64,000 nt of DNA from Patescibacteria group bacterium (GTDB taxonomy: Bacteria; Patescibacteriota; Minisyncoccia; 2-02-FULL-40-12; GWA2-44-9): positions 21,983 through 85,982 of the forward strand of contig JBBTTB010000005.1 in assembly GCA_038064455.1 (NCBI GenBank), read 5' to 3'. This document shows, one piece after another, positions 54,342-63,208 of the stretch. Within the stretch, counting starts at the first letter, position 1. Each line of letters opens with the position of its first letter. Position numbers and translations under genes: made by a program. Under the pieces are notes generated by a model, which was not told the origin of the DNA, did not search any database, and was given only the letters and a program-made list of their open reading frames with translations.

Positions 54342-55193
54342 ATGGAAAAGCTCACGAGCATTCCGAATATTGCAAAGCCGATTCAAGAATTTTCGGATTT
54401 CTCTTTTGTGAGTTGGGAGCGTGATATGCACCCACAGTTTAAGGCTGGGGTGAGCGACGCAGAAACATCATTTTTTGCGACATTTATTCGGGACCACAAG
54501 GTGCAATCGTTGATCGACTTTGGCGTAGGGAGCGGCGCGACACTCTCGGCACTTATCACAAGGCTTGCCGAAAGTGGTTATTCATTAGAACGAGTTGCTG
54601 GAAATGATGTGCAAGATTCTTTCTTGAGTCGTGCGCGTGAGCTTTTCGAAGAGCGAGGGCAAAAGGTTGAACTTCATCAGGCAAATTGGCTTGATTTTCC
54701 AGAGGGCATCCCACCTTATGCGCCAGAGTCTTTCGAGTTTGGCATCCTTACAGGCACATCGCTTTCTTATGTAGGCGGAGGGACGCTCTCGCATACACGT
54801 GCGCTTCAGAAGAGTGTTGTCCGTCGGCTCGCATCGCTGATTAAGCCCGGAGGACATATCTTTATCGATTTGCGGAACTACAGCCACCTCGCATTACTCA
54901 TGCACGAGCCGCAACGCGCAGGCGAGGTCACGTTAGATCCATCAACGTACTACCACGGGTTCCAGAGTCACGTGGTGACCTTTCCCGCCTATGTAAGCGA
55001 TAGCCTTGTAGTGATGCACTTTTACGATACAGAGAAAAAGATTTGGAGTAAGCTCGACATCTTCCCGCTGTTTCCAGAAGAAATGGCATCATTATTGAGT
55101 GAATATTTCACCATTGAACATACCTTCTACGATTTCGAGCCAGAGCATAAAACGAAAAGCCTCTTTACGCAGTACGTCGCAAAAAAGAAATAA
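54342..55193 (+). CDS. Class I SAM-dependent methyltransferase, glycine/sarcosine N-methyltransferase-like
   Basis: LIDFGVGSG, LIKPGGHIFIDLRNY, TYYHG and TFYDF...FTQYVAKK. Confidence 0.75.
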   Translation: MEKLTSIPNIAKPIQEFSDFSFVSWERDMHPQFKAGVSDAETSFFATFIRDHKVQSLIDFGVGSGATLSALITRLAESGYSLERVAGNDVQDSFLSRARELFEERGQKVELHQANWLDFPEGIPPYAPESFEFGILTGTSLSYVGGGTLSHTRALQKSVVRRLASLIKPGGHIFIDLRNYSHLALLMHEPQRAGEVTLDPSTYYHGFQSHVVTFPAYVSDSLVVMHFYDTEKKIWSKLDIFPLFPEEMASLLSEYFTIEHTFYDFEPEHKTKSLFTQYVAKKK

Positions 55194-55204
55194 CCATATT
55201 TATC

Positions 55205-55960
55205 ATGAACCATACTGACCCACAATCGCACGAAGTACATTCTGATAGCGCGCCACATGCTCCAGCTCCATTTTTCCATGACGCTGTTGAAAAGCGCCCA
55301 CCACTTGATATAAATAAGCTGATTCTTGCGGGGGCAATCGTGTTTGCTGGTGTGCTGGTGGCTGGCGCGGTAGTGTGGACAGATATGCGAAAAGCTTCTG
55401 ATGGCGCTCAACCCGTTGTGAAAGTATCTGCCGACGACGATGCGGTATTGGGTGACAAAAAAGCGCCAGTCACCATTATTGAATTTAGCGACTACCAATG
55501 TCCATACTGTCGCGCATTCTGGCGCGAAACCTACCCTCGTCTTAAGAAGGATTTTATCGAAACAGGTAAGGTGCGCTTAGTGTTCCGCGATTTCCCACTT
55601 TCAAACCATCCCGGGGCGATTCCCGCAGCTCATGCCACTGAATGTGCCGAGGAGCAGGGTAAGTTTTGGGAGATGCACGACATGATTTTTGCCGAGCAGG
55701 ATACAAAGGGAGTAAATACGATCTCATTCTCTGTAGATGATCTTAAGCGTTGGGCAGGCAAGGTGGGCCTTAACCAAACCGCGTTTAATACGTGTTTAGA
55801 CAGCGGAAAGTATAATGAAGAGATCGCAAAAGACCTCAAAGATGGAGCGGCCTCCGGTGCTTCAGGAACCCCAAGCTTCTTCATCAATGGCAATCTCATT
55901 GTGGGCGCACAGCCTTACGAAACATTTAAGGCAGCGATTGAACAAATACTCGCGAAATAA
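55205..55960 (+). CDS. DsbA-family thiol-disulfide oxidoreductase
   Basis: EFSDYQCPYC, FRDFPL and GTPSFFING. Confidence 0.93.
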   Translation: MNHTDPQSHEVHSDSAPHAPAPFFHDAVEKRPPLDINKLILAGAIVFAGVLVAGAVVWTDMRKASDGAQPVVKVSADDDAVLGDKKAPVTIIEFSDYQCPYCRAFWRETYPRLKKDFIETGKVRLVFRDFPLSNHPGAIPAAHATECAEEQGKFWEMHDMIFAEQDTKGVNTISFSVDDLKRWAGKVGLNQTAFNTCLDSGKYNEEIAKDLKDGAASGASGTPSFFINGNLIVGAQPYETFKAAIEQILAK

Positions 55961-55982
55961 TAATCACCATCCCCGTCGGTTG

Positions 55983-56444
55983 TTACTTACAGATCACTTC
56001 ACAGTTTGGAGAGGTGCTCGCTTGAGGTAGCGCGGTGGCACTGGGTGAAGCGCTTGTGGTGGGTGAAGGTTGCTCTGGCGAAGACGAGCTAAAGCGATCT
56101 AGTAATATCTGCGTTGGAGATCGTTCGGATATGGACTCGCTTAGCGATTGTATAACGGTGTCTGAATTGTTGAATTGTTCCACCGCTTGCTGAAGCGTTG
56201 TGCGTTCTGCGGCGCTTATGTTTTTTGAGTTGAGAAGAAGCGGAGCTTGTTCGGTAAAAAAAGTGCGGAGAGCTTCTTGGTGTGGCGTAAGGTTCTCTAT
56301 GAGTATCTCGTTCTGTGTTTTTGGGATAATGGCTTCTATAAGCTGGCTTCGCAGTGAAGAGATCTGATCAGGAAAAGGAAGCTGTCCTAATGAAAGCGAG
56401 AAGATCCCCACAAGGGCTCCTACGAGGAGGATGAGATATATCAT
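55983..56444 (-). CDS. Exported hypothetical protein
   Basis: N-terminal TM, S/P tail ending CEVICK; start overlaps the upstream stop. Confidence 0.65.
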   Translation of the reverse strand: MIYLILLVGALVGIFSLSLGQLPFPDQISSLRSQLIEAIIPKTQNEILIENLTPHQEALRTFFTEQAPLLLNSKNISAAERTTLQQAVEQFNNSDTVIQSLSESISERSPTQILLDRFSSSSPEQPSPTTSASPSATALPQASTSPNCEVICK

Positions 56445-57211
56445 GATCTTGGTGCCGGCGTGGGAAGTGGTGGAAGATTCTGCTGGAAATTTACGAGATC
56501 AGGATTGATTGTGTTTAAGATAGCGTATGCAGCGAGAAGAAAGAGGGCTCCCACAAAGACGTCTTGGATATCACTACGCGCCTTGGTGACTGCGTTCGGA
56601 TTATCCGCGTTCATGAGAATAGTAAATCCACTCTTAACGATTATAAAGAACATAATTGCGCCGAGTAACAATATTGCCCACTCATATACTTGAGCGATCA
56701 TGCCACCAAGCGTTTTGTCCGTGGTGACCGGAGGGGGAGGTGAACCGCTTGGTGACGGTGTCTCGGCTAGCGCGGGCATACTGAAAAGGAGCAGCACAGA
56801 CTCAGAGATTCTTTCGCTTATATTAATTCGTGCCACTGCTTGCAGTGCCATGCTCCCCGTACTTTCATTGTATGCATCTGGCGCAAGAGCTTCCCACATA
56901 TCGCGGGTAAAAGTAAGGTGCGCCGTGGCGCTTTGACCAGTTGCATCAAATGTTGCTTGAAGGGTTGTGGCTTTACGTATACGATCAGCGCCCTTATAGA
57001 TATCCACATACACAATTATATTTGGACACTCACTTGCGGAAATGTTTATGGGCACAGATTGCCCTACTGGTACTGTGCCTGTAACACCCCAACGTATGCC
57101 GGGACTACTGGTGAGGGTACATACGGCGTAAGCTTGCTGGGGCGTGAAAAGAAAAGCGATAGAACTTGCAAAAACTACCAAAAAGACGTGCAGTGTGCGC
57201 ATATACTTCAT
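56441..57211 (-). CDS. TrbC/VirB2-type (T4SS) pilin with an added N-terminal extracellular domain
   Basis: Signal peptide; C-terminal IIVKSGF...AVTKARSDIQDVFVGALFLLAAYAILNTINPDLV. Confidence 0.75.
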   Translation of the reverse strand: MKYMRTLHVFLVVFASSIAFLFTPQQAYAVCTLTSSPGIRWGVTGTVPVGQSVPINISASECPNIIVYVDIYKGADRIRKATTLQATFDATGQSATAHLTFTRDMWEALAPDAYNESTGSMALQAVARINISERISESVLLLFSMPALAETPSPSGSPPPPVTTDKTLGGMIAQVYEWAILLLGAIMFFIIVKSGFTILMNADNPNAVTKARSDIQDVFVGALFLLAAYAILNTINPDLVNFQQNLPPLPTPAPRS

Positions 57212-57293
57212 TATATCCCTTTTTTTGCTTTGTTTTTATTGAAGTGTCTATAAGCTCCGTTGCGATTCTAAGGTCATTCTGTATCATGGGATT

Positions 57294-57776
57294 ATGAAAT
57301 CGCTCGGCATTCTCTTTGTGGTGCTTCTTGGCGTAATGGCTGGTATTTGGTTATGGCCGCAAGATCAGCAATCTGACCCGACGGTTTCATTGAGCGCCTC
57401 TCCTTCAAGTGCGGCATCTCCAAGCGAAGCCCCCTCGACAAGCGCGCTTCCTTTGGCATCAGCGACACCTATACCGAGTATAACGCCAGTAGTAAGTAAA
57501 AATTACACCATTGCCATTCGCGCGTCCGGCGTTGTGCCAAAAGAGCTCGCTATTCGTCCTGGGGATTCTGTAACGTTCGTAAACGAAGAAGTAGAAGGTG
57601 CGTGGCCTGCCTCTGACCCACATCCATCACATACGCTCTGTCCATTTTTTGATGTTAAAAAGCGCATGGCAATCGGGGAATCGTATACAGTTACTTTTCC
57701 CGAAGTAAAAACGTGTTCGTTCCATAGTCACACAAACCCCAGTACTATATTTAAAGGGGTTATTCGTGTGCAATAG
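57294..57776 (+). CDS. Membrane-anchored cupredoxin-like protein
   Basis: PKELAIRPGDSVTFVN, WPASDPHPSH, FHSH and GVIRV. Confidence 0.75.
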   Translation: MKSLGILFVVLLGVMAGIWLWPQDQQSDPTVSLSASPSSAASPSEAPSTSALPLASATPIPSITPVVSKNYTIAIRASGVVPKELAIRPGDSVTFVNEEVEGAWPASDPHPSHTLCPFFDVKKRMAIGESYTVTFPEVKTCSFHSHTNPSTIFKGVIRVQ

Positions 57777-57782
57777 CATATC

Positions 57783-59102
57783 GTGAAACCATTTTCTTTT
57801 TTCTCTGTTGGCGTGCTCATTATATCCGCGTATGTAGGAGGATTTTTTGTCGAACTAGCACATGCGGCGGTTACTGATGAGATCGCAGAGCGGACCCGTC
57901 AAATCGAGGAGATCCAACGCCAAATTAATGAGCTTCAGGCGCAAGTCGATGCGAATAAAGGTAAGTCGGCGACATTGCAAGGAGAAATTAGTCGTCTCAA
58001 CGGTCAGATTAACCAACTAAACCTTGAGATTCGCAGTCTGAATCTCTCTATTGAGCGCACCACTATTGATATCCGTGGTACTGCGGACAATATCTCCGAA
58101 GCAGAAACAGAGCTTCAGAAACATAAAGGCGCTTTAAGTAAATATGTGCAATACGCATATGAGCTTGACCGTTTTTCACTCACTGAAGTGCTTTTGAATA
58201 ATGATACACTCTCTGATTTCTTTAACGACCTTAATAATGTACAAACAACGCAAGATAGTCTAAAGTCAGCCATCGTAAGTATTCGCGAGTTAAAAATTGG
58301 TCTTGAAGAAAAGAAGATGTCGCTTGAAGAAAAGAAAGAAGAGCTTGAGCGTCTCAAGAGTATCCAAGAAATAGAAAAGCGGATGATTGATACGACGAAG
58401 GCTCAAAAAGATCGTGTGCTACGTGAAACCAAGGGGCAAGAATCAAAATATCAAGAGCTGGTAAAGCAGAAAAAACTTGATCTTGAACGGATCCGTGATC
58501 AGATCACGTACCTGCAGCAAAACGGTGTAAGCGCAGAAGATGCAGTGAAGTTTGGACAATTGGCGGCGCGTCGGGCTGGTGTTCGTCCCGCATATCTTAT
58601 TGCAGTGCTAGAGGTAGAATCAGGTCTTGGGCGCAATGTGGGGCGCTGTAATCGCGCCGATGATCCTCCATCGAAGAAGTGGGATGTCATTATGCATACG
58701 CGAGACCATAAGCCATTCATTGTAGTTACAGAACAGCTGGGACTTGACCGTAATAGTACTCCTGTCTCTTGCCCCCAAATCGTGAACGGTAGACAACTCG
58801 GATGGGGCGGCGCAATGGGCCCCGCGCAGTTCATTCCCTCTACATGGGTTTCATATGCGGAGGAAGTTGCTCGTCTTGTAGGTCGATCTCCGGCGAACCC
58901 GTGGAATATTGAAGATGCATTTATGGCGGCAGCAATTAAGCTGGCTCGCGGCGGAGCATCCGCGCAAACAAGAGCGAGTGAAATCGCGGCATCGAAGGCA
59001 TACTATAGCGGCAACTCAAAATGTTCCTCGAGCTCATGTAACTCATACGCAAACGCTATCCAAAAGAAAGCTGCTACCATCGAAGAGAACTTGGGGGAAT
59101 AA
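57783..59102 (+). CDS. CwlO/PcsB-like coiled coil fused to a lytic transglycosylase domain
   Basis: Long heptad region, then VESGLGRNVG and GGAMGPAQFIPSTW. Confidence 0.85.
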   Translation: MKPFSFFSVGVLIISAYVGGFFVELAHAAVTDEIAERTRQIEEIQRQINELQAQVDANKGKSATLQGEISRLNGQINQLNLEIRSLNLSIERTTIDIRGTADNISEAETELQKHKGALSKYVQYAYELDRFSLTEVLLNNDTLSDFFNDLNNVQTTQDSLKSAIVSIRELKIGLEEKKMSLEEKKEELERLKSIQEIEKRMIDTTKAQKDRVLRETKGQESKYQELVKQKKLDLERIRDQITYLQQNGVSAEDAVKFGQLAARRAGVRPAYLIAVLEVESGLGRNVGRCNRADDPPSKKWDVIMHTRDHKPFIVVTEQLGLDRNSTPVSCPQIVNGRQLGWGGAMGPAQFIPSTWVSYAEEVARLVGRSPANPWNIEDAFMAAAIKLARGGASAQTRASEIAASKAYYSGNSKCSSSSCNSYANAIQKKAATIEENLGE

Positions 59103-59105
59103 TCT

Positions 59106-60380
59106 ATGCGACGATTTTTTACTATTGCCGCCGCGAGCACGGTGCTTGGCCTCTGTGCGATTATCTGGTTCTTACAGAAGCCAGATGCACTTGGCGTCCG
59201 TTCATTTGATATTCAAAGCGCCCTTGCGTTTGATCGTGTTTTCTCTCCAACATATCCAATTGATGAGGCCAATATGCGAGCACTTCTCGCTCTGGCGGAG
59301 GAGCTTCTCAACGACGCACCTATTTCAGTTGGAGAGCTACCGCTTACGTATGCGGAGCAACGCATTGTTAATAATGGGGGCGGACCGGCTGTAGTGAATA
59401 AAGAATTTACAGACGTAGAACGCCAACTCGCGCTGGCGGTGCTTGATATAAAAAGCGGCGAGGTATCAATTGTTCCAGTCATAAAGCGCGGCGCCGATAT
59501 AGTTGTTCCCGACGGGTATCGCATCAGTATTGCGCCACGTGTAAATGGTATCGCATGGAATTATTGGGCAACACAATTTGTCATTGAAGAACCAAAGCAT
59601 CGCGTGGTCATTATGACAAAATTTCCGCTCTCCGAGACGGTGCGCGTTGGGCGCGCCACAGAAACACGAATTGAACCAATTCTGTATACCGCATACACAG
59701 AAGAATTAAATGATCGCCCGTTTATTGAAACAGGCGCTCGTTACGTTGCTGATATTGTTGCAAAGGCGCGTGAGGATCTGCGCGCGCAAGGAGTGCAATC
59801 ACGTGCCATTCCTGGAAAGCTTATTGTTGATGTACTGCCCGCAGATATATTTCAACGCATCCCATTTTTAGAGCAGGGCGACTTACTTGAAGTCCTTGTT
59901 GATGCGGAATATGTTGCGCGGCGCGTGCTTGGAACACTTGGTTATAATGGTGCGCGTGCATTTGCGAATACAGAAAGTTCTGTTGGTGCGCGTGGGTGGC
60001 TACAGTTTACTGACAACGCAATCCGCACACAACCTGGAACATACTCACAATTGCGCCGACTATACCCGAAAGCGTTATTAGAATCCGACTTTAAAAAAGG
60101 AGCGTCGGATCATCTTAATAGCATGAAGGCTGCGATACTTCTCCACGATGAGAATCTTGCCTACTTTATGCGAAATCTTGGAGAGCAGATCGCGTCCGAC
60201 GCTCGGCTTGAAGAGTATCTTGCCGCCGCATATAATGGTCCTCCTGCGCGTGCGTTAAATGCTCTACGTGAGGTTGGGGCGGGACAGGATTGGATTGCTG
60301 AACTAGCCCCAGAAACACAAGGATTCATTACTAAATTACGCATTTGGAAGCAGTACGGAGTGCCTGAAAAATATCTCTAA
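59106..60380 (+). CDS. Exported protein with an SLT-like transglycosylase C-terminus
   Basis: SSVGARGWLQFT, LAAAYNG and ETQGFITK. Confidence 0.7.
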   Translation: MRRFFTIAAASTVLGLCAIIWFLQKPDALGVRSFDIQSALAFDRVFSPTYPIDEANMRALLALAEELLNDAPISVGELPLTYAEQRIVNNGGGPAVVNKEFTDVERQLALAVLDIKSGEVSIVPVIKRGADIVVPDGYRISIAPRVNGIAWNYWATQFVIEEPKHRVVIMTKFPLSETVRVGRATETRIEPILYTAYTEELNDRPFIETGARYVADIVAKAREDLRAQGVQSRAIPGKLIVDVLPADIFQRIPFLEQGDLLEVLVDAEYVARRVLGTLGYNGARAFANTESSVGARGWLQFTDNAIRTQPGTYSQLRRLYPKALLESDFKKGASDHLNSMKAAILLHDENLAYFMRNLGEQIASDARLEEYLAAAYNGPPARALNALREVGAGQDWIAELAPETQGFITKLRIWKQYGVPEKYL

Positions 60381-60388
60381 CGATATAA

Positions 60389-60419
60389 CGAAAAATCCCC
60401 CGAAGTGGGGGATTTTTCG
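60389..60419. terminator. Bidirectional terminator
   Basis: CGAAAAATCCCCC-gaagt-GGGGGATTTTTCG. Confidence 0.85.
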
Positions 60420-60427
60420 CAAGGCCA

Positions 60428-60490
60428 TTAGAGGCGCTTCTTCTTGGCGCCGCCCTTTTTCTTTGCTGCTTTTTTCTTTTTTGCTGCCAT
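60428..60490 (-). CDS. 20-aa Lys-rich micro-peptide MAAKKKKAAKKKGGAKKKRL (below ORF-track cutoff)
   Basis: ATG...TAA with mixed AAA/AAG codons, upstream TATAAT (60653-60648), terminator immediately downstream. Confidence 0.65.
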   Translation of the reverse strand: MAAKKKKAAKKKGGAKKKRL

Positions 60491-60743
60491 ATGAATCGTT
60501 TAGTAGTCAGAGATCAAATGTGTGGATGTAAGATTCACAACACTTCATCTCATCCCTCCTTCTAGAGTACTAATGTGCGACACCGACCGTACAATTTCTG
60601 CACCGTACATGCCACACGTTCTACGTTGCAACGTACTCTTACATATAATTATACGCGTCGTGCGCATTCATGATAAAAAAATAGTGGATAACTTCACAGA
60701 AAAAACATTCGACAAAAAATATTTTGTTTTGTACGATGCGCGC

Positions 60744-61037
60744 ATGCCGGAACCAGAAAAAAGTTTTGAAACAAAGCAAGAAACATGGCACGCAAGTCGT
60801 GTGCAGCGAATCGAATTCGAGGGCGGCTCGTATAAGCTCATCGTGGGCGTGCGAAGTTCGGTAGGGGATCTGCGTGTTGTCCAAGTGTTTTATGATGCAA
60901 CCGGTAAAAAAGAAGAAAGAACGGTCATATCACATGAGAAAGACAAGCGCGATCTTTCATTACAAGAGCAACACGAGATCATCCGCGTTGCGATGGGCTT
61001 TCTCAACGCACATCCCGAAGCTGGCCACGCCGCCTAA
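60744..61037 (+). CDS. Hypothetical protein
   Basis: TACGAT 6 nt before the ATG; terminator at 61050-61085. Confidence 0.6.
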   Translation: MPEPEKSFETKQETWHASRVQRIEFEGGSYKLIVGVRSSVGDLRVVQVFYDATGKKEERTVISHEKDKRDLSLQEQHEIIRVAMGFLNAHPEAGHAA

Positions 61038-61086
61038 CAGCTCTTCCTGAAGCGCTCGCACCACGGTGTGCGGGCGCTTTTCTTTA

Positions 61087-61305
61087 TTATGTGATGTCTA
61101 TAATTTTTGTACGAGCAGCATGTCCCGCGATAATAGAAATCCGAGAGGGCGCTGTGTGGAAATGGTTCGCAAGAGCTTTGCGAACCGCCTCGTTTGCATT
61201 TCCTTTTTCAGGATGCTCATGTACCGCGACGCGGTAGGTGCCATCTTCAAGAGTGGTGATACTCGCACGCGACGCTCCTGTTTGTACGCGAACGGTGATG
61301 CGCAT
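61087..61305 (-). CDS. DUF167/UPF0235 (YggU-like) protein
   Basis: ITVRV, PEKGNANEA and IIAGHAARTK. Confidence 0.88.
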   Translation of the reverse strand: MRITVRVQTGASRASITTLEDGTYRVAVHEHPEKGNANEAVRKALANHFHTAPSRISIIAGHAARTKIIDIT

Positions 61306-61306
61306 A

Positions 61307-63202
61307 TTATTTATGCTTCATTTCGTATACGCCATTCCATGTTTCAGGTGGATGCTCTTTAAAATAAGCGATCCGTTCTGCAAGAAGCTGTGTGGGGCCA
61401 TCGTGTGGCGCGCGCGAGAGAGCGCGTTGTGCGTATAGAGAGGCACGATCCCATGCGCCTTGTGCGTATGCATTACGTAGCTCAATAAAGTCTGCCGCAA
61501 TAGACTCCCACAAGCTCACGCGTCCAGAAGGGATTACTTCATAAATAGTAACACCCTCCGTTTTTCCTTTCACTTGCACGCAATCAATGTTGCGCATGGG
61601 TATGTGTGTAGCTTCGTTTCCGAGGGCGAGTTTAGTTTTTTCAGTAATGAGTATGCGTACCCCATACATCTTTGTAAGGCTTTCAAGTCGTGAGGCGAGA
61701 TTCACCGCATCTCCCATGACCGTGTAGTCGAAGCGCTGCTCCGAACCCATATTTCCGACGGTAACATCTCCTGTGTTAATACCAATGCCAATATCAATAT
61801 GTGGATCGCCACGCGTCTCACTTTCTGTGTTGAATACGTCGAGCGCTGTCGTCATCTCGAGCGCAGATATCACAGCGTCATGTGCGTGTGTTTGTGAAGG
61901 AAGGGGAGCGCCCCAGAATGCCATAATTGCGTCGCCAATATATTTATCAATCACTCCGCGACGCCCTAAAATGATAGTGGTCATACGCGTGAGGTAGCGG
62001 TTCAGAAATGCGGTCAACTGTTCTGGAGTGAGTGTTTCTGAAAGAGTAGTAAATCCACGTACGTCAGAAAAAAGAATAGAAAGCGTTGCGCGAGATCCGC
62101 CTAAGCGTAGCATGCTCGGGTTTTGTACAATTTGTTGGATGACGGCAGGTGCAAGATATCGCGAAAAGCTTTCTTGAATGAATTTCTTTTCCTGGTGTGT
62201 CGCGCGATAACGCATAATAACTCCATAACTTGCGCCTCCAATAAGCGCGACGACCGGATAGAGTATGGGAAGCGTTATTGCACGGGACATGAGGAACGAT
62301 GCTACGCCCACATATGCAAATGTGGTGCCGGCAATGCTTGGGATGCTGATGTGCATGGGCGAATAGCGCATGACAAGAGATCCTATGCAGTACCCTACGA
62401 TGATAAAGATGGGAACCCAATCACCAACGCTTCGCTCATGAGTATTATTGAGGAATTGTTCAATGGCATGCGCCTGTATGGTGACGCCACTCATCACCCC
62501 AAATGGTGTTGAGTGAGTGTCTTGAAGATCTGCGGCAGTGGCGCCGATGAGTACAATATTATTCGTGAATAGCGACGTATCCACAACGCCCTCAAGCACA
62601 TCAATAGCGCGCACATGGGGGAACGATTGCTCGCCACCAGCAAAGAAAATGCGGCGCAAGTCTTGCGTGTGGCGTGGGAGTGGTGCACCAGCAAGTCGCG
62701 CAACGAGTGCGCTAAAACTTTCTGTCTCGCCTCGATACATGCGCACGCGTCGTGCGACGCCGTCTGCATCAACCGCAATGTTTGCAAACCCTTTCTCTGC
62801 GCGAGCTACTGCTGAAATGAGCGGTGCAAGAGCCCCTTCTCGTGTTACATCACTTGTCACTACAATAGAAGCAGATGTGCGAGCTATCGCTTGTGCCAGC
62901 ATCGCATCATCGTGCGCGCCAAGGCGCGACGGTTCTTTAAAATTTACATCTATACCAATAATATCCGCGGCACCAATGCGCTGAATGAGCTGTGCAAATG
63001 AGGCTCGTGGCCATGGCCACTGTCCGTGAGCGCGAAGACTTGCGTCATCAATGTCAACAATAACAATACGATCGCGCACGAGACGTGTTTGAAGGAGTGC
63101 GTCTTGGAGGCGCGCATCCCAGAGGGTGCCAAGATCAATAAACCATGCGCCGAGCGTGATGGCGATAAGAGCAATAAGGCCAAGGATAAAACGCGCGATC
63201 AT
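61307..63202 (-). CDS. CHASE2-domain class III adenylate/guanylate cyclase
   Basis: IVIVDIDDASL, GQWPWPR, DADGVARR, LFSDVRGFT, DKYIGDAIM and YTVMGDAVNLASRLE. Confidence 0.93.
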   Translation of the reverse strand: MIARFILGLIALIAITLGAWFIDLGTLWDARLQDALLQTRLVRDRIVIVDIDDASLRAHGQWPWPRASFAQLIQRIGAADIIGIDVNFKEPSRLGAHDDAMLAQAIARTSASIVVTSDVTREGALAPLISAVARAEKGFANIAVDADGVARRVRMYRGETESFSALVARLAGAPLPRHTQDLRRIFFAGGEQSFPHVRAIDVLEGVVDTSLFTNNIVLIGATAADLQDTHSTPFGVMSGVTIQAHAIEQFLNNTHERSVGDWVPIFIIVGYCIGSLVMRYSPMHISIPSIAGTTFAYVGVASFLMSRAITLPILYPVVALIGGASYGVIMRYRATHQEKKFIQESFSRYLAPAVIQQIVQNPSMLRLGGSRATLSILFSDVRGFTTLSETLTPEQLTAFLNRYLTRMTTIILGRRGVIDKYIGDAIMAFWGAPLPSQTHAHDAVISALEMTTALDVFNTESETRGDPHIDIGIGINTGDVTVGNMGSEQRFDYTVMGDAVNLASRLESLTKMYGVRILITEKTKLALGNEATHIPMRNIDCVQVKGKTEGVTIYEVIPSGRVSLWESIAADFIELRNAYAQGAWDRASLYAQRALSRAPHDGPTQLLAERIAYFKEHPPETWNGVYEMKHK

Positions 63203-63208
63203 GGAGTG

